Source: Bacillus subtilis subsp. subtilis str. 168
GTDB lineage: Bacteria > Bacillota > Bacilli > Bacillales > Bacillaceae
NCBI RefSeq assembly: GCF_000009045.1
Contig: NC_000964.3
Span: 4,151,607 to 4,215,606, forward strand
Reading direction: 5' to 3'
DNA length: 64,000 nt
The position numbers and the translations under genes were made by a program. The stretch's first letter is position 1. Each line of letters opens with the position of its first letter. This document shows positions 22,059-32,410 of this stretch, piece after piece. Below the pieces are notes generated by a model that did not search any database, was not told where the DNA came from, and was given only the letters and a program-made list of their open reading frames with translations.

Positions 22059-22814
22059 ATGGAAAGTCATATTTATCGCATTATCAAAAATAAATTAACT
22101 ATAATAATATTTACTATAATCATATTAATTCCTTGTGTTGATATATCACTATTGTTAATGACTAACACAGAATACCATCCTGCATATGCGTTTTTCCTTT
22201 CTGGCACTTCCGTAGGGCATGCTTCACAAATGATCCTATTATGGTTTCTTCCGCTTTATTTTTTGTTACTATGTGCTGACGATTCTATACAAGATTATAA
22301 AACAGGATATCATTACATTCTTATAAGCAAAGTTGGCAGAAAAAAATATTGTTTGGAAAAAATATTTACCTCTTTTATCATTTCATTTTTGACAATGTTT
22401 TTGTCACTAATATTAAACTTTTTATTGGTTCAGGTTTTCTTTTTTAAAGGTACATTTAAAAATGACTTAGACCAAATTAAATTCCCTGATAACAGCCTTT
22501 ATACTTTTAGTATGGCCCATCCTTATATAGCAATTGTGTTATTTTCTATTATTTGTTGTATTATGTCTGGATTTGTTGGAGCACTTGGTTCAAGCCTCAG
22601 TTTACTTTTTCGTGATAAGAAGTATGCCTACCCAGCAAGTTTTTTTATTTGGTTCGTACTTATACTAAAAAACAAATCATTAATGTTTTTATTCCAACCG
22701 TTTACAGAATACGGTTATAATGTACTTCTCCCTATCCTATGTTTGTCTATCTTTATTTTTCTAATAATAATTTCTAGTATTGTTTTATATGAGGCAAAAT
22801 ACAATGAAAATTAA
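22059..22814 (+). CDS. yybM: Membrane protein (ABC permease-like)
   Basis: ~6 TM segments, [11 protein letters not shown] loop; AT-rich; likely start MESHIY. Confidence 0.82.
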
Positions 22815-23514
22815 AAGACTACTATTAATTTTATGTTTACTACTATTTTTAGTTACTTTATGGTTCAACCAGAACCACACTTATCTTGGAAAGAATTCTA
22901 TCGCGTCATTACTATATATGAATAATAGTACATTCGGATATAGTTCAATATTTGCATATACCTTGTTTTATATTGTCCCGTTTCTTATGTTACTTAGTAA
23001 CTTTTTTCATTCAGAAAACCCCTACAAAGTAATGAGGATGGTTAAGCGTAAAAATTACTACAAGTCTAAAATTATGGAGATTGGGTTTGTTTCTTTACTT
23101 TTTTCTTCAATACATACTGTTATTAATATTACGTGTACACATATTTTCTTTAGTAAAAACTTGTTGGTCGAAGCAAACTTTTTATCAATTTGTTTATTAA
23201 ACATGATTAGTTTAGTGTTTTTCTACTTATCAGTAGGTATTATGTTTAGACTTACATACGATCTGTTTAATTCAGTAGCATTAGCAATTTTTATTGTGTA
23301 TATAATTTTAGATAGCTTGTATTTCGGCGTTAAATTATTACTTCCTAATGGATATTGGGAACCCTTTAGAGACTTGGCTATATTCACAAATATGCTCAAT
23401 AGATATTGGTCAACTTCAAATCTTATAATAGTTTATATTAGACAGATAATAATAGTTTTTATTTTTTATTTAGTTGGATCTTCAATTTTTTTGAATAAGG
23501 ATTATAAAAAATGA
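22804..23514 (+). CDS. yybL: Membrane protein (ABC permease-like)
   Basis: MKIKRLL start overlaps the yybM end; ~6 TM. Confidence 0.82.
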
Positions 23515-24266
23515 GGATTAAAGGCTTTTTCATAACTTTAGTTGCGATAATATTTCAGGCGTCATTATCGAGTTATAATAATAATAAAAATGTCTTTCCT
23601 TTTTTAGATGGCATACCAATAAGCACCTCGGGTCATTATGAGTATCAAAATATTTTATTGTGGTTTGTACCTATTGTTTCCCTAAGTTTTTGTTTCTCTG
23701 GGAGTATTAGAGATACATACATTTCGTATGAGCAATTAAAGTTAGTAAGAGAACATAGTAGAGTTAAATGGGTAACATCTCAATTCTTAATAATTACAGT
23801 TGTACTTTTAATCTTTACTTTATCTCAGATTGCTATATTTTATATTTATTCACTTGTATCTCTTCATAACCTTGATATTAATTCCGTTATCAATAAAAGA
23901 TTTGTTATGATGACACTCATGTATTATCTAACCTTACTTAACTTATTTAGTTTTCAATTATTTATGGAGCTTTATTATAAATCTCAAATAGCACAATTAA
24001 ATATAAGCGTTTATATTATTTTTTCGTTAATTTTAGCAAAGAAGTTAGTGCAATTAAATTCTCCGAAAGTTATTCACTACTTTTTAATTCCAAACTACAG
24101 TAATGGATTAAGAACTGGGTTAAGCTATTATTCCCAATCTGGAACTGCTATTATTGAACCATTATTAGGTTTGTTTATTATAATCATTTTACAGATTTCA
24201 ATAGTTATATTATCTGTCTTAAAGTTCAAAAAAATAGATATGCTAAAAAGTGAGGGCTTACAATGA
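23511..24266 (+). CDS. yybK: Membrane protein (ABC permease-like, DUF2705-like)
   Basis: ATGA-type overlap with yybL; ~6 TM. Confidence 0.82.
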
Positions 24267-24919
24267 TTGAGGTATTAAACCTAACAAAAAAAATTAAAAA
24301 GACTACAGTTTTAGATAATATCTCTTATACATTTGAAAAAGGAACAATTTATGGACTATTTGGGAGTAATGGTTCTGGAAAGACCATGCTACTTCGTGCA
24401 TTATCCGGGTTAATAGTCCCTACTGAAGGGAGTATAACTATTAAAGGTGAACAATTACATAAAGATATCTCTTTTCCTAAAAGTGTAGGATTAATTATAG
24501 AAAATATGCAGTTACTTCCTCAGTATGATGCTTTTACTAACCTTAAAATTTTGTCAAAAATTAAAAAGATCGCATCAGATAATGATATATTAGATTCTAT
24601 TAGTAGAGTTGGTTTGGAAAATTTTAATAGTGTAAAGGTTAGTAAATTCTCGTTAGGAATGAAACAACGATTAAATATTGCACAGGCTATTTTTGAAAAA
24701 CCTGATATATTGCTACTTGATGAACCAACAAATGCGATTGATGAAAAAGGAGTTGCATTTGTTCATGACATTCTTTTACAAGAGAAAAAAAGGGGAGCTA
24801 CCATTATTATTACTAGTCATCACAAGGAAGATATTATATCTTTATGTGACATTGCATTAGAAATGAATCATGGACGTCTAGAAACTTCAGAAAAAGTAAT
24901 ATATAAGAAAGATAGTTAG
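24263..24919 (+). CDS. yybJ: ABC transporter ATP-binding protein
   Basis: Walker A GSNGSGKT, signature FSLGMKQR, Walker B LLLDEP, H-loop TSHH. Confidence 0.95.
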   Translation: MIEVLNLTKKIKKTTVLDNISYTFEKGTIYGLFGSNGSGKTMLLRALSGLIVPTEGSITIKGEQLHKDISFPKSVGLIIENMQLLPQYDAFTNLKILSKIKKIASDNDILDSISRVGLENFNSVKVSKFSLGMKQRLNIAQAIFEKPDILLLDEPTNAIDEKGVAFVHDILLQEKKRGATIIITSHHKEDIISLCDIALEMNHGRLETSEKVIYKKDS

Positions 24920-25075
24920 TTTAAACTGGCTATTTCTTATCCAATGATAGACTGCAGACAAGTTCAACTGCTGTAATGCTAGAAAATCCAATGAAATGCT
25001 GATAATTGCGAAGAGATATGATCAGTCAGAAAACAAATCTTAAAAAGAAAAAGTAAATTCATCAATATTTCTAAT

Positions 25076-25258
25076 AAACCTGGCAAACAACCTGTTCGGA
25101 GGCATTATAGCTACTTCACTGACGGGATATTTATTTGATGTGACAGGCTCCTTACGCTCAGCTTTCTGGTGCCGGTTTTGTGTTGTTGCTGGGATTGGTT
25201 TTTTATGTGTTTGTATTAGGGGATGTAAAACGAATTAAACTGGAATAAAGAGTGCTTG
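25076..25258 (+). pseudogene. yybO 3'-end repeat, copy 3 (two 1-nt deletions), running into the terminator
   Basis: NLANNLFGGII...VLGDVKRIKLE*. Confidence 0.93.
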
Positions 25259-25276
25259 CTGAAAAGCACTCTTTTT
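25247..25276. terminator. Terminator between yybO copy 3 and yybI
   Basis: aaagagtgctt-gctgaa-aagcactcttttt. Confidence 0.85.
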
Positions 25277-25293
25277 CTGCATCGAAAGAATAC

Positions 25294-26082
25294 TTAAGAT
25301 AAGTCACTCCCAAAAATCGTAACAGTCTGACGGTTAAACATAAACCTCTGCCCGTTCCATTTTAATACGGTTTGAACATATCCCAATGAGTCGGCGTTAT
25401 ACCTTCCCGCTATCCGCTGGTACGCCAATAATTCGTATACGCCGTCTCTGTCAAAATCAACCGGATACAAGCCCGATAAAGGATTCACCCATCCTTCTAT
25501 CGGCATTTTTAACACACCTTGGCTGTTATAAATCTCATTCAAATATTCCCTGCCCTTGTAAGTAAGGTCGAGGATATACGTTTCGTTTTGCTGATGACTG
25601 ATAACGCTCGCTTTATATTGATTTTGATACCTCACACTGTACTTTAATTCATCATTCAATACATCTGAATTGAAAATTCGCCGGAACTGCCTGTTTAGAT
25701 AGGCAAACACATATGCATAAATAGCACCGCCGCTTCCCCCTGTGTCCATTACTACTGCCACATCCTCAATCTTGTCGCCTGTCATATCCCCCAGAAAAAG
25801 TGACGGATTGTATCCCATATTGTTTTGAAGCTGAATCCGCTGCTCCTGATGGGTTCTGCCATCACGGATCACCAATGTGATATTTCTCCATAACGGGCTG
25901 CCGGGCATTTGATTTCCAGTTAGAAAGACCTCGTCAATAACGCCGTCTCCCGTTACATCGCCGCGGGTAGATACAATGATTGCACGTGAGGAGACAGGCT
26001 GCCGAAATACGTATGGATGTTGAACAAGTCCTCTGCCTTCATAAAACCAATAAGGAGCCATTCTGATGTCATACACATTCAA
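25294..26082 (-). CDS. yybI: Spore coat-associated protein with DxxGDG(VCBS-like) repeats
   Basis: TTG start after gggaagg; GDVTGDGVID, GDMTGDKIED, VDFDRDGVYE; sigma-E-like -10 catataat at 26116-26123. Confidence 0.85.
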   Translation of the reverse strand: MNVYDIRMAPYWFYEGRGLVQHPYVFRQPVSSRAIIVSTRGDVTGDGVIDEVFLTGNQMPGSPLWRNITLVIRDGRTHQEQRIQLQNNMGYNPSLFLGDMTGDKIEDVAVVMDTGGSGGAIYAYVFAYLNRQFRRIFNSDVLNDELKYSVRYQNQYKASVISHQQNETYILDLTYKGREYLNEIYNSQGVLKMPIEGWVNPLSGLYPVDFDRDGVYELLAYQRIAGRYNADSLGYVQTVLKWNGQRFMFNRQTVTIFGSDLS

Positions 26083-26149
26083 TTGTGTCACCTTCCCTAA
26101 TCAGCTGAATGAATCATTATATGCAGGAATGGCACATCAAAGACATATC

Positions 26150-26539
26150 TTACACACCAATTAAATCCGTACCATATGAATTATCAATTACACAAAGCCA
26201 CTCGCCTTGCGCATTCTTTTTAAATACATAGGTCGCCCTTCTTTCCATCGCATACTCGGAGTCCTTTTTATCCGAATCAAGCAGTGTCTGAGAAAGAACG
26301 AGTACCGTGTCACCTGCTTCCAACAGGATCATTTTCCCTTGTGTCGGGACAATATGATGATTGAAATAGTTCGCAATCGTGATAAACGCTTTTTTGATTT
26401 CTTCCTTGCCTCGCGCGATCATGCCCGGCTTCACAACTAAAACGGCATCTTCCGAATAATAATTCATCAGTGTATCAAAATCTTCATTTTGGATTGCCAA
26501 ATCACACGCAGAGATGATGTCTTTCAATTGCTGTTCCAA
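26150..26539 (-). CDS. yybH: SnoaL/NTF2-like protein (DUF4440)
   Basis: 129 aa from TTG 26539; [18 protein letters not shown]. Confidence 0.85.
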
Positions 26540-26684
26540 ATGAATTCCCCCAATCATCATGATTGGATATATTATACATCGCTAGACCACTGAAACCTTG
26601 AAAACAAAATGAAAAGTATCCTTTTTTCCTATATAATCAAATAGATATATTTAACAAAGTACCCAAGTGAAGGGGTGAACATTA

Positions 26685-27524
26685 TTGTCTGCGGAAGTAA
26701 CGTTACATGACAATATACATTATGATTTAAGTGCGGATTGCCAGCACTGTTTTGGCCTGTGCTGTGTCGCCTTGCCTTATGCGAAGTCGGCAGATTTTGC
26801 TTTTGATAAAGACGGGGGCACGCCTTGCCGCAACTTACAATCAAACTATCAATGTTCTATACATAAAGATCTCAGAGAAAAAGGATTTCGAGGCTGCTCT
26901 GCATATGAATGCTTTGGCGCCGGCCAAAAAGTATCCCAAATCACTTATGAGGGAAAGGATTGGCGAAACAGCCCCGAAACGGCCAACCAGATGTTTGACG
27001 TTTTTCCTATCATGCAGCAGCTGCACGAAATGCTCTGGTATTTACATGAAGCTCTTTCTATAGATATAGCCAAGCCGATTCATTCTGAACTGAGAACCAC
27101 TTTCGAAAAAATAGAAAGGCTCACCAGACTCAGCAAAGAACGCTTGCTGACACTGCAGGTGGACGAGCATCGAGCTGAGGTCAATGAATGGCTGTTAAAA
27201 ACAAGTGAACTGGTGCGTGCCCAAGCCCGCCATCCAAAACTCCCGAAAAAGGTCAGCCGGGGAAGTGTCCTGATCGGCGCGAAACTGAAAGGGCTTGATC
27301 TGCGAGGAGCAAATCTAAGAGGGGCGCTGCTCATAGCCGCCGATCTGAGAAATGCCGATTTGAGAATGACAGACTTTATCGGTGCAGATATGAGAGACGC
27401 TGATCTCAGCGGCGCCGACCTGACCGGGAGCATCTTTTTGACACAGGCACAGGTGAACGCCGCCAACGGCGATTCGAATACAAAGCTGCCGCTGTCTGTA
27501 CGAACCCCTGCCCATTGGAAATAA
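26685..27524 (+). CDS. yybG: Cys-rich N-terminus plus C-terminal pentapeptide repeats
   Basis: DCQHCFGLCC...C...C.IH...GC..YEC; LKGLDLRGANLRGALLIAADLRNADLRMTDFIGADMRDADLSGADL. Confidence 0.88.
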   Translation: MSAEVTLHDNIHYDLSADCQHCFGLCCVALPYAKSADFAFDKDGGTPCRNLQSNYQCSIHKDLREKGFRGCSAYECFGAGQKVSQITYEGKDWRNSPETANQMFDVFPIMQQLHEMLWYLHEALSIDIAKPIHSELRTTFEKIERLTRLSKERLLTLQVDEHRAEVNEWLLKTSELVRAQARHPKLPKKVSRGSVLIGAKLKGLDLRGANLRGALLIAADLRNADLRMTDFIGADMRDADLSGADLTGSIFLTQAQVNAANGDSNTKLPLSVRTPAHWK

Positions 27525-27556
27525 AAAAGGACCCGCTAACGGTCCTTTTTTACTGA

Positions 27557-28771
27557 TCAATTCAATCCTTTTTCGTTCCTCTTATCCGGCATTTTCACAC
27601 TTCTTGCCAAGTATCCCGACAGCCATAACGCAACCAGCAGCATGAAGGTGATCATACCGACGACGCCCAGCCAGTGAAAACCAGACCAGAATAGCCCTCC
27701 GATTGTTCCGAAAACACTTGAACCGGCGTAATAAAAGAACAAATACAGCGATGAAGCCTGTGCTTTGTTGTGAAGGGCTCTCCTGCCCACCCAGCTGCTG
27801 GCAACTGAATGCCCTCCGAAAAAACCGAATGTAAAGAGGGCAATCCCCAGAATTTTCACTGCCAGCATATTGTTTATCGTAAATAACGCACCTGCAATGA
27901 CGATGAAAATATTCATCACCAATATTTTCGGATAGCCATACCGATCAACCATTCTTCCAATGAAAGACGAGCTGAAAATGCCTACAATCATCACAATAAA
28001 GATCCAGCTGGAAAATGCTTTATTAAGCGAATACGGCGGGCCCAACAGCACATACACAATGTAATTAAACAAGGCAACATTGCTTCCAAGCAGCAAAAAA
28101 CCAATGAGAAACAAGCTGAATAGTTTACGGTCCCTCAAGTGGCCGATCAGAGACATTCCCAATTTCCCGAGCTTCAATTTTCTTGGCGTAAAATGCCTGG
28201 ATGGCGGCAAATTTATAAAAAATATAACACTAGCAATCAAACTAATGACACCAATTGTCCCCATCGCCATATGCCAATTCAAGTACTCGCTCAGGAGCCC
28301 GGAAACGATCCTTCCGAAAACGGCGCCGATTGCATTTCCGCTGATATATAGCCCCATCGCTGATCCAAGACTTCCGGGTTCAATTTCTTCCCCAAGATAA
28401 GCCATCGCAATCGACGGAAGGCCTGCGAGCGCAACGCCTTGAATGGTTCTCAATACGAGCAGTGTATGAAAGCTCGGACTAAAGGCCGATGCCAGACAGA
28501 GAACCGATGCGGCCAGCATGGAAATACCCATAATAGGCTTGCGTCCCCACACCTCGGATAATGAACCAAAGACAAGCATGCTCACAGCTAACAGCATTGT
28601 GGTAACAGATAAAGAAAGACTCGCCGCAGTAGGCGTTACATGAAATTCCCGCGTGAATTCCTCCATGAGCGGCTGTACGCAATATAGAATCGCAAATGTA
28701 TTGAAACCCGCAGCGAAGAAAGCAAACGTAATTTTTCGAAAAACCGGTGTGCCTTTTCGAATGTATGTCAT
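27557..28771 (-). CDS. yybF: MFS transporter (YnfM-like)
   Basis: 404 aa; FAILYCVQPL, GSLSEVWGRK. Confidence 0.88.
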   Translation of the reverse strand: MTYIRKGTPVFRKITFAFFAAGFNTFAILYCVQPLMEEFTREFHVTPTAASLSLSVTTMLLAVSMLVFGSLSEVWGRKPIMGISMLAASVLCLASAFSPSFHTLLVLRTIQGVALAGLPSIAMAYLGEEIEPGSLGSAMGLYISGNAIGAVFGRIVSGLLSEYLNWHMAMGTIGVISLIASVIFFINLPPSRHFTPRKLKLGKLGMSLIGHLRDRKLFSLFLIGFLLLGSNVALFNYIVYVLLGPPYSLNKAFSSWIFIVMIVGIFSSSFIGRMVDRYGYPKILVMNIFIVIAGALFTINNMLAVKILGIALFTFGFFGGHSVASSWVGRRALHNKAQASSLYLFFYYAGSSVFGTIGGLFWSGFHWLGVVGMITFMLLVALWLSGYLARSVKMPDKRNEKGLN

Positions 28772-28957
28772 CGGGACTTTATCGGTCCCTCATCATGTTG
28801 TGGAGCACTGCCATTCATAAACAATCATCCTTTATTTCTTACGAATTCAAACATCCTCGAGTCTGTTTATATTATTATCTTAGCACCGTTGATATATGTT
28901 GTATAATGCATATAAAATATCCTTTTCATGCTTATATGTAATAAGGAGAGATGATAA

Positions 28958-29836
28958 TTGGAATGGGAACAACTTGAATATTTTCAAACACTGGCCCGGA
29001 TGCAGCACGTCACGAAAGCCGCAAAAAGCCTCTCCATCACACAGCCTGCACTTTCACGCTCTATCGCCAGGCTGGAAAATCATTTGGGCGTCCCGCTATT
29101 TGACAGGCAAGGACGATCCATCAGCTTAAATCAATACGGACACATTTTTTTACGACGGGTTCAGGCGATGATGAAGGAGTATACCGAAGGAAAAGAAGAA
29201 ATCCAAGCCTTATTAAAGCCAGACCAAGGCGTAGTCTCTCTCGGTTTTTTACATACATTAGGCACCACGCTCGTGCCCGATCTCATCGGCTCCTTTCAGC
29301 AGGAATACCCCAACATTTCCTTCCAGCTGAAGCAAAACCACTCTTATTGGCTGCTTGAACGATTAAAATCCGGAGATCTGGACCTCTGTCTCCTCGCTTC
29401 GATTAAGCCTGAAAATCCGATCCAATGGATCAAGCTGTGGAGTGAAGAACTCTTTGTATTTGTGCCAAATGATCACCCATTAGCCAGTCGCGAAAGCATT
29501 ACCCTGAATGAGATTGCCGGGGAGCGTTTTATTTTATTGAAAAAGGGCTATGCGCTTCGGATGACGGTCGATGAGCTGTTTGAGAAGGCCAATATACAGC
29601 CGAACATTATGTTTGAAGGAGAAGAAGCAACTACTGCCGCAGGTTTTGTGGCAGCCGGTCTGGGCATATCTATTCTCCCAGACCTGAAAGGCTTAGACCA
29701 AAGCAAAATCACCAAAATCCGCGTCAGCTGGCCGGAATGTCAGCGTGTCATAGGAATTGCCTGGATAAAAGGCAGGTTTTTATCACCGGTTGCTGAGACC
29801 TTTAAACAATATGTGATCAGCCATTTTTCTGAGTAG
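28958..29836 (+). CDS. yybE: LysR-family regulator
   Basis: HVTKAAKSLSITQPALSRSIARLE HTH; divergent from yybF. Confidence 0.93.
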   Translation: MEWEQLEYFQTLARMQHVTKAAKSLSITQPALSRSIARLENHLGVPLFDRQGRSISLNQYGHIFLRRVQAMMKEYTEGKEEIQALLKPDQGVVSLGFLHTLGTTLVPDLIGSFQQEYPNISFQLKQNHSYWLLERLKSGDLDLCLLASIKPENPIQWIKLWSEELFVFVPNDHPLASRESITLNEIAGERFILLKKGYALRMTVDELFEKANIQPNIMFEGEEATTAAGFVAAGLGISILPDLKGLDQSKITKIRVSWPECQRVIGIAWIKGRFLSPVAETFKQYVISHFSE

Positions 29837-29849
29837 GAAGGATTCAAGC

Positions 29850-30293
29850 ATGAATGTCAAAAAAATCACGTCAGAACAGGATTTACATACAGCGTTTGAA
29901 ATCAGAAAGGCAGTATTTGTAGAGGAACAAGGCTGTCCCATTTCGGATGAATTCGATGAGTTCGATACACTCCACGGTGACTGCCAGCACATCCTGGCTT
30001 ATCATCAGAATGTACCTGTTGGCACTGCACGTGTCCGTATCGTTGGCCACACGGGGAAACTGGAACGAATCTGCATTCTGAAGTCTTACCGCAAATTCGG
30101 TTTGGGAAAAGTGATCGTCGATGCATTAGAACGTATTGTAAAAGAACAAGGCATTTCTGCCTTCAAACTGCACGGCCAGACACAGGCGGCAGGCTTTTAT
30201 GAAAAGCTCGGCTATCGGACTGCATCAGAAGAATTTATGCTGGACGGCATTCCGCATGTGCTGATGACAAAACAAGACGATTCTGCGCTATAG
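29850..30293 (+). CDS. yybD: GNAT acetyltransferase (ElaA/YjcF-like)
   Basis: IRKAVFVEEQ, KLERICIL, YRKFGLG, AAGFYEKLGY. Confidence 0.9.
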   Translation: MNVKKITSEQDLHTAFEIRKAVFVEEQGCPISDEFDEFDTLHGDCQHILAYHQNVPVGTARVRIVGHTGKLERICILKSYRKFGLGKVIVDALERIVKEQGISAFKLHGQTQAAGFYEKLGYRTASEEFMLDGIPHVLMTKQDDSAL

Positions 30294-30375
30294 ATTGTTC
30301 ACAAATTTGTCACTTATGAGCATGAACGGTTCATTGGTATACTAATCACCGATTATGGAGAGAAGGAATGATTGT

Positions 30376-30855
30376 ATGCCAGCAAATAAAAAAGAAGGCC
30401 TTATATTTGGCGTGATGATGTGCTTTGGAATGGTTTGCGTCATGTCGATTTACAATGCCATCATCAACCGAGCCATCTACGATTTTTCACTGATGACCGT
30501 TTTTGAAATGGTCATCGGTTTTATGATCGCCCTCCTGTTAGATTTACTGTTAGTGGGCCCCCTCGCCAAGAAGATTGCATTCCGCATGCCGTTCGACAAG
30601 ACTAAAAAAATTTATGTCATCCTTGCCATGTCAACTTGTATGGTGATTGGCATGGTACTTTGTATGTCTGTGTTCGGTTTAGTGACAGCGGTTCTAGCAA
30701 ATGGGCTGAACGGGGACAGCCTCTTCAGTGCTTATCTTATGATTGTGTTGAAAAATTTCATCCTGGCCTATCCGTTGCAATTACTGATTATGGGCCCATT
30801 AGTCAGAGGAGTTTTCATGAAATTTGTAAAACCAAAGCTCACAGCCGCAATTTAA
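30376..30855 (+). CDS. yybC: Membrane protein (DUF2798-like)
   Basis: 159 aa, four hydrophobic segments. Confidence 0.8.
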   Translation: MPANKKEGLIFGVMMCFGMVCVMSIYNAIINRAIYDFSLMTVFEMVIGFMIALLLDLLLVGPLAKKIAFRMPFDKTKKIYVILAMSTCMVIGMVLCMSVFGLVTAVLANGLNGDSLFSAYLMIVLKNFILAYPLQLLIMGPLVRGVFMKFVKPKLTAAI

Positions 30856-30879
30856 ATAGAAAAGGAGTGAGCCTGACAC

Positions 30880-30987
30880 TCACTCCTTTTGCTCATGAAT
30901 CGAATGTAAAACAAGCTCCGCAAAAGCCTCTGCGGCAGGCAGCTGCCATTTTTTCTTTTTGGGTGTGAGTAAATCGGATCGAGGGCT
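30880..30987 (-). pseudogene. Possible orphan 3' end of a LysR-type gene
   Basis: SPRSDLLTPKKKKWQLPAAEAFAELVLHSIHEQKE* with no start codon, ending at the terminator 30860-30890. Confidence 0.3.
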
Positions 30988-31029
30988 TCACCATGCTGGA
31001 GATTTTTCAGCTTATGTTTTTCACTTCCA

Positions 31030-31692
31030 TTAATCCCTATACCTTACCACATAGTTTTTATACAATTCTTCGTTATAAAGGATTTCTTCGCCATGTGAAG
31101 AGCAAATGAGCGTTGGTTTGATTTGATCTATGATTGAGCCGCTGTCGATGTTCTCATTTATATCAACACTGAATCTTCTTATAGGTGGGTGTAAATCCTC
31201 CTTACTTGTGATAAAAAGGTCGCCCGTCAATAGCGTACGATCGATTTTATGATAATACACAACATGCCCCGGCGAATGGCCAGGTGTTAAATAGTATTTC
31301 AGAGGCAGATGAGCAAGCGTTTGCTCCGTCAGCGGCTGTACAATATGGGCTACCCCTGTGTTCTCCACTTCATTTTTGTTCGGATATGGCTCTTCCCCAT
31401 TGATGTACTTTAGTTCTTTCTGGTGCGCAAAAATCGGAATATCAAATCTCTCTAACCATTTTGATGCACCCCCGATATGATCACTGTGGCCATGGGTAAG
31501 CAAAATGGCTTTTGGATTGCCGATCGCTAACGCTGCCCTAATTTGAGCATCAGCAAAACGTTCTATTCCCGTATCAACAATATAAACATCATCACCATCT
31601 TTGATAAACCAGGTATGAACCGGAATACGAAGAGGCACATCAAGCTCAAATTCACATTGAAAGACATGTTCTGATAGTTGTCTCAAATTCAC
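31030..31692 (-). CDS. yybB: Metallo-beta-lactamase-fold hydrolase
   Basis: LTHGHSDHIGG, TPGHSPGH, LLTGD, SHG; GTG at 31692 after ggag. Confidence 0.9.
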   Translation of the reverse strand: MNLRQLSEHVFQCEFELDVPLRIPVHTWFIKDGDDVYIVDTGIERFADAQIRAALAIGNPKAILLTHGHSDHIGGASKWLERFDIPIFAHQKELKYINGEEPYPNKNEVENTGVAHIVQPLTEQTLAHLPLKYYLTPGHSPGHVVYYHKIDRTLLTGDLFITSKEDLHPPIRRFSVDINENIDSGSIIDQIKPTLICSSHGEEILYNEELYKNYVVRYRD

Positions 31693-31838
31693 GCAAACCA
31701 TCTCCTGTGGAAATTTTTTGATAGTTTTAAAGAAAACAGAAGTGAACGGACTATTTTCACCCACGCTCGAGCTGACTGGATTCTTGAGAGGAAACGCCGA
31801 TTTTCGCCAGCATCAGCTCAACTTGTTAACGTTGTCCA

Positions 31839-32291
31839 TTAATAATCCCTTTTGTTCCCCTTCTTCACATATTCCCAATCACGTTCTATATTCTTCCTCA
31901 CTCTATGAAGGAGTGCAGAAATGGTTTCCTTTTCCTCTGAAGTAAAACCGGACAAGGCCACTTCCGTGGAATGTTCTCCTTCTCTTCTTAACAATGGATA
32001 TACCTTTTTCCCTTTCTCAGTCGGGAACAGTTTTTTTATTTTTTTATTTTGCTCATCCGGCAGTTTTTGAATAAATCCCTGCATTTCCAGCTTCTTAATG
32101 GCCCGCGCGGCCGTTGTCCGGTCCACTTTTATCATTTCCGCCAATTTTTCTTGAATAATTCCCGGATTTTCGTATATACGCACGAGATAGAGATACTGCC
32201 CTCTTGTTAAGTCTAAATCTTTAAATTCGATGTTGCTTATGGAATCCAACGCTCTTGCTATCATGCCGATCTCACGCAAAATATCATTCAT
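31839..32291 (-). CDS. yybA: MarR-family regulator
   Basis: 150 aa; LTRGQYLYL, VDRTTAARAIKKLE. Confidence 0.9.
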   Translation of the reverse strand: MNDILREIGMIARALDSISNIEFKDLDLTRGQYLYLVRIYENPGIIQEKLAEMIKVDRTTAARAIKKLEMQGFIQKLPDEQNKKIKKLFPTEKGKKVYPLLRREGEHSTEVALSGFTSEEKETISALLHRVRKNIERDWEYVKKGNKRDY

Positions 32292-32410
32292 TCCTAAAAC
32301 CCCTCACGTATTTTTGTTGCAATTACAACAAAAATGTTTTAACCTTACTATTATAAGACCACATGCGTGCTGTACAGTCCAGACTAATATCAGAAAAGGA
32401 TTGATTCATA

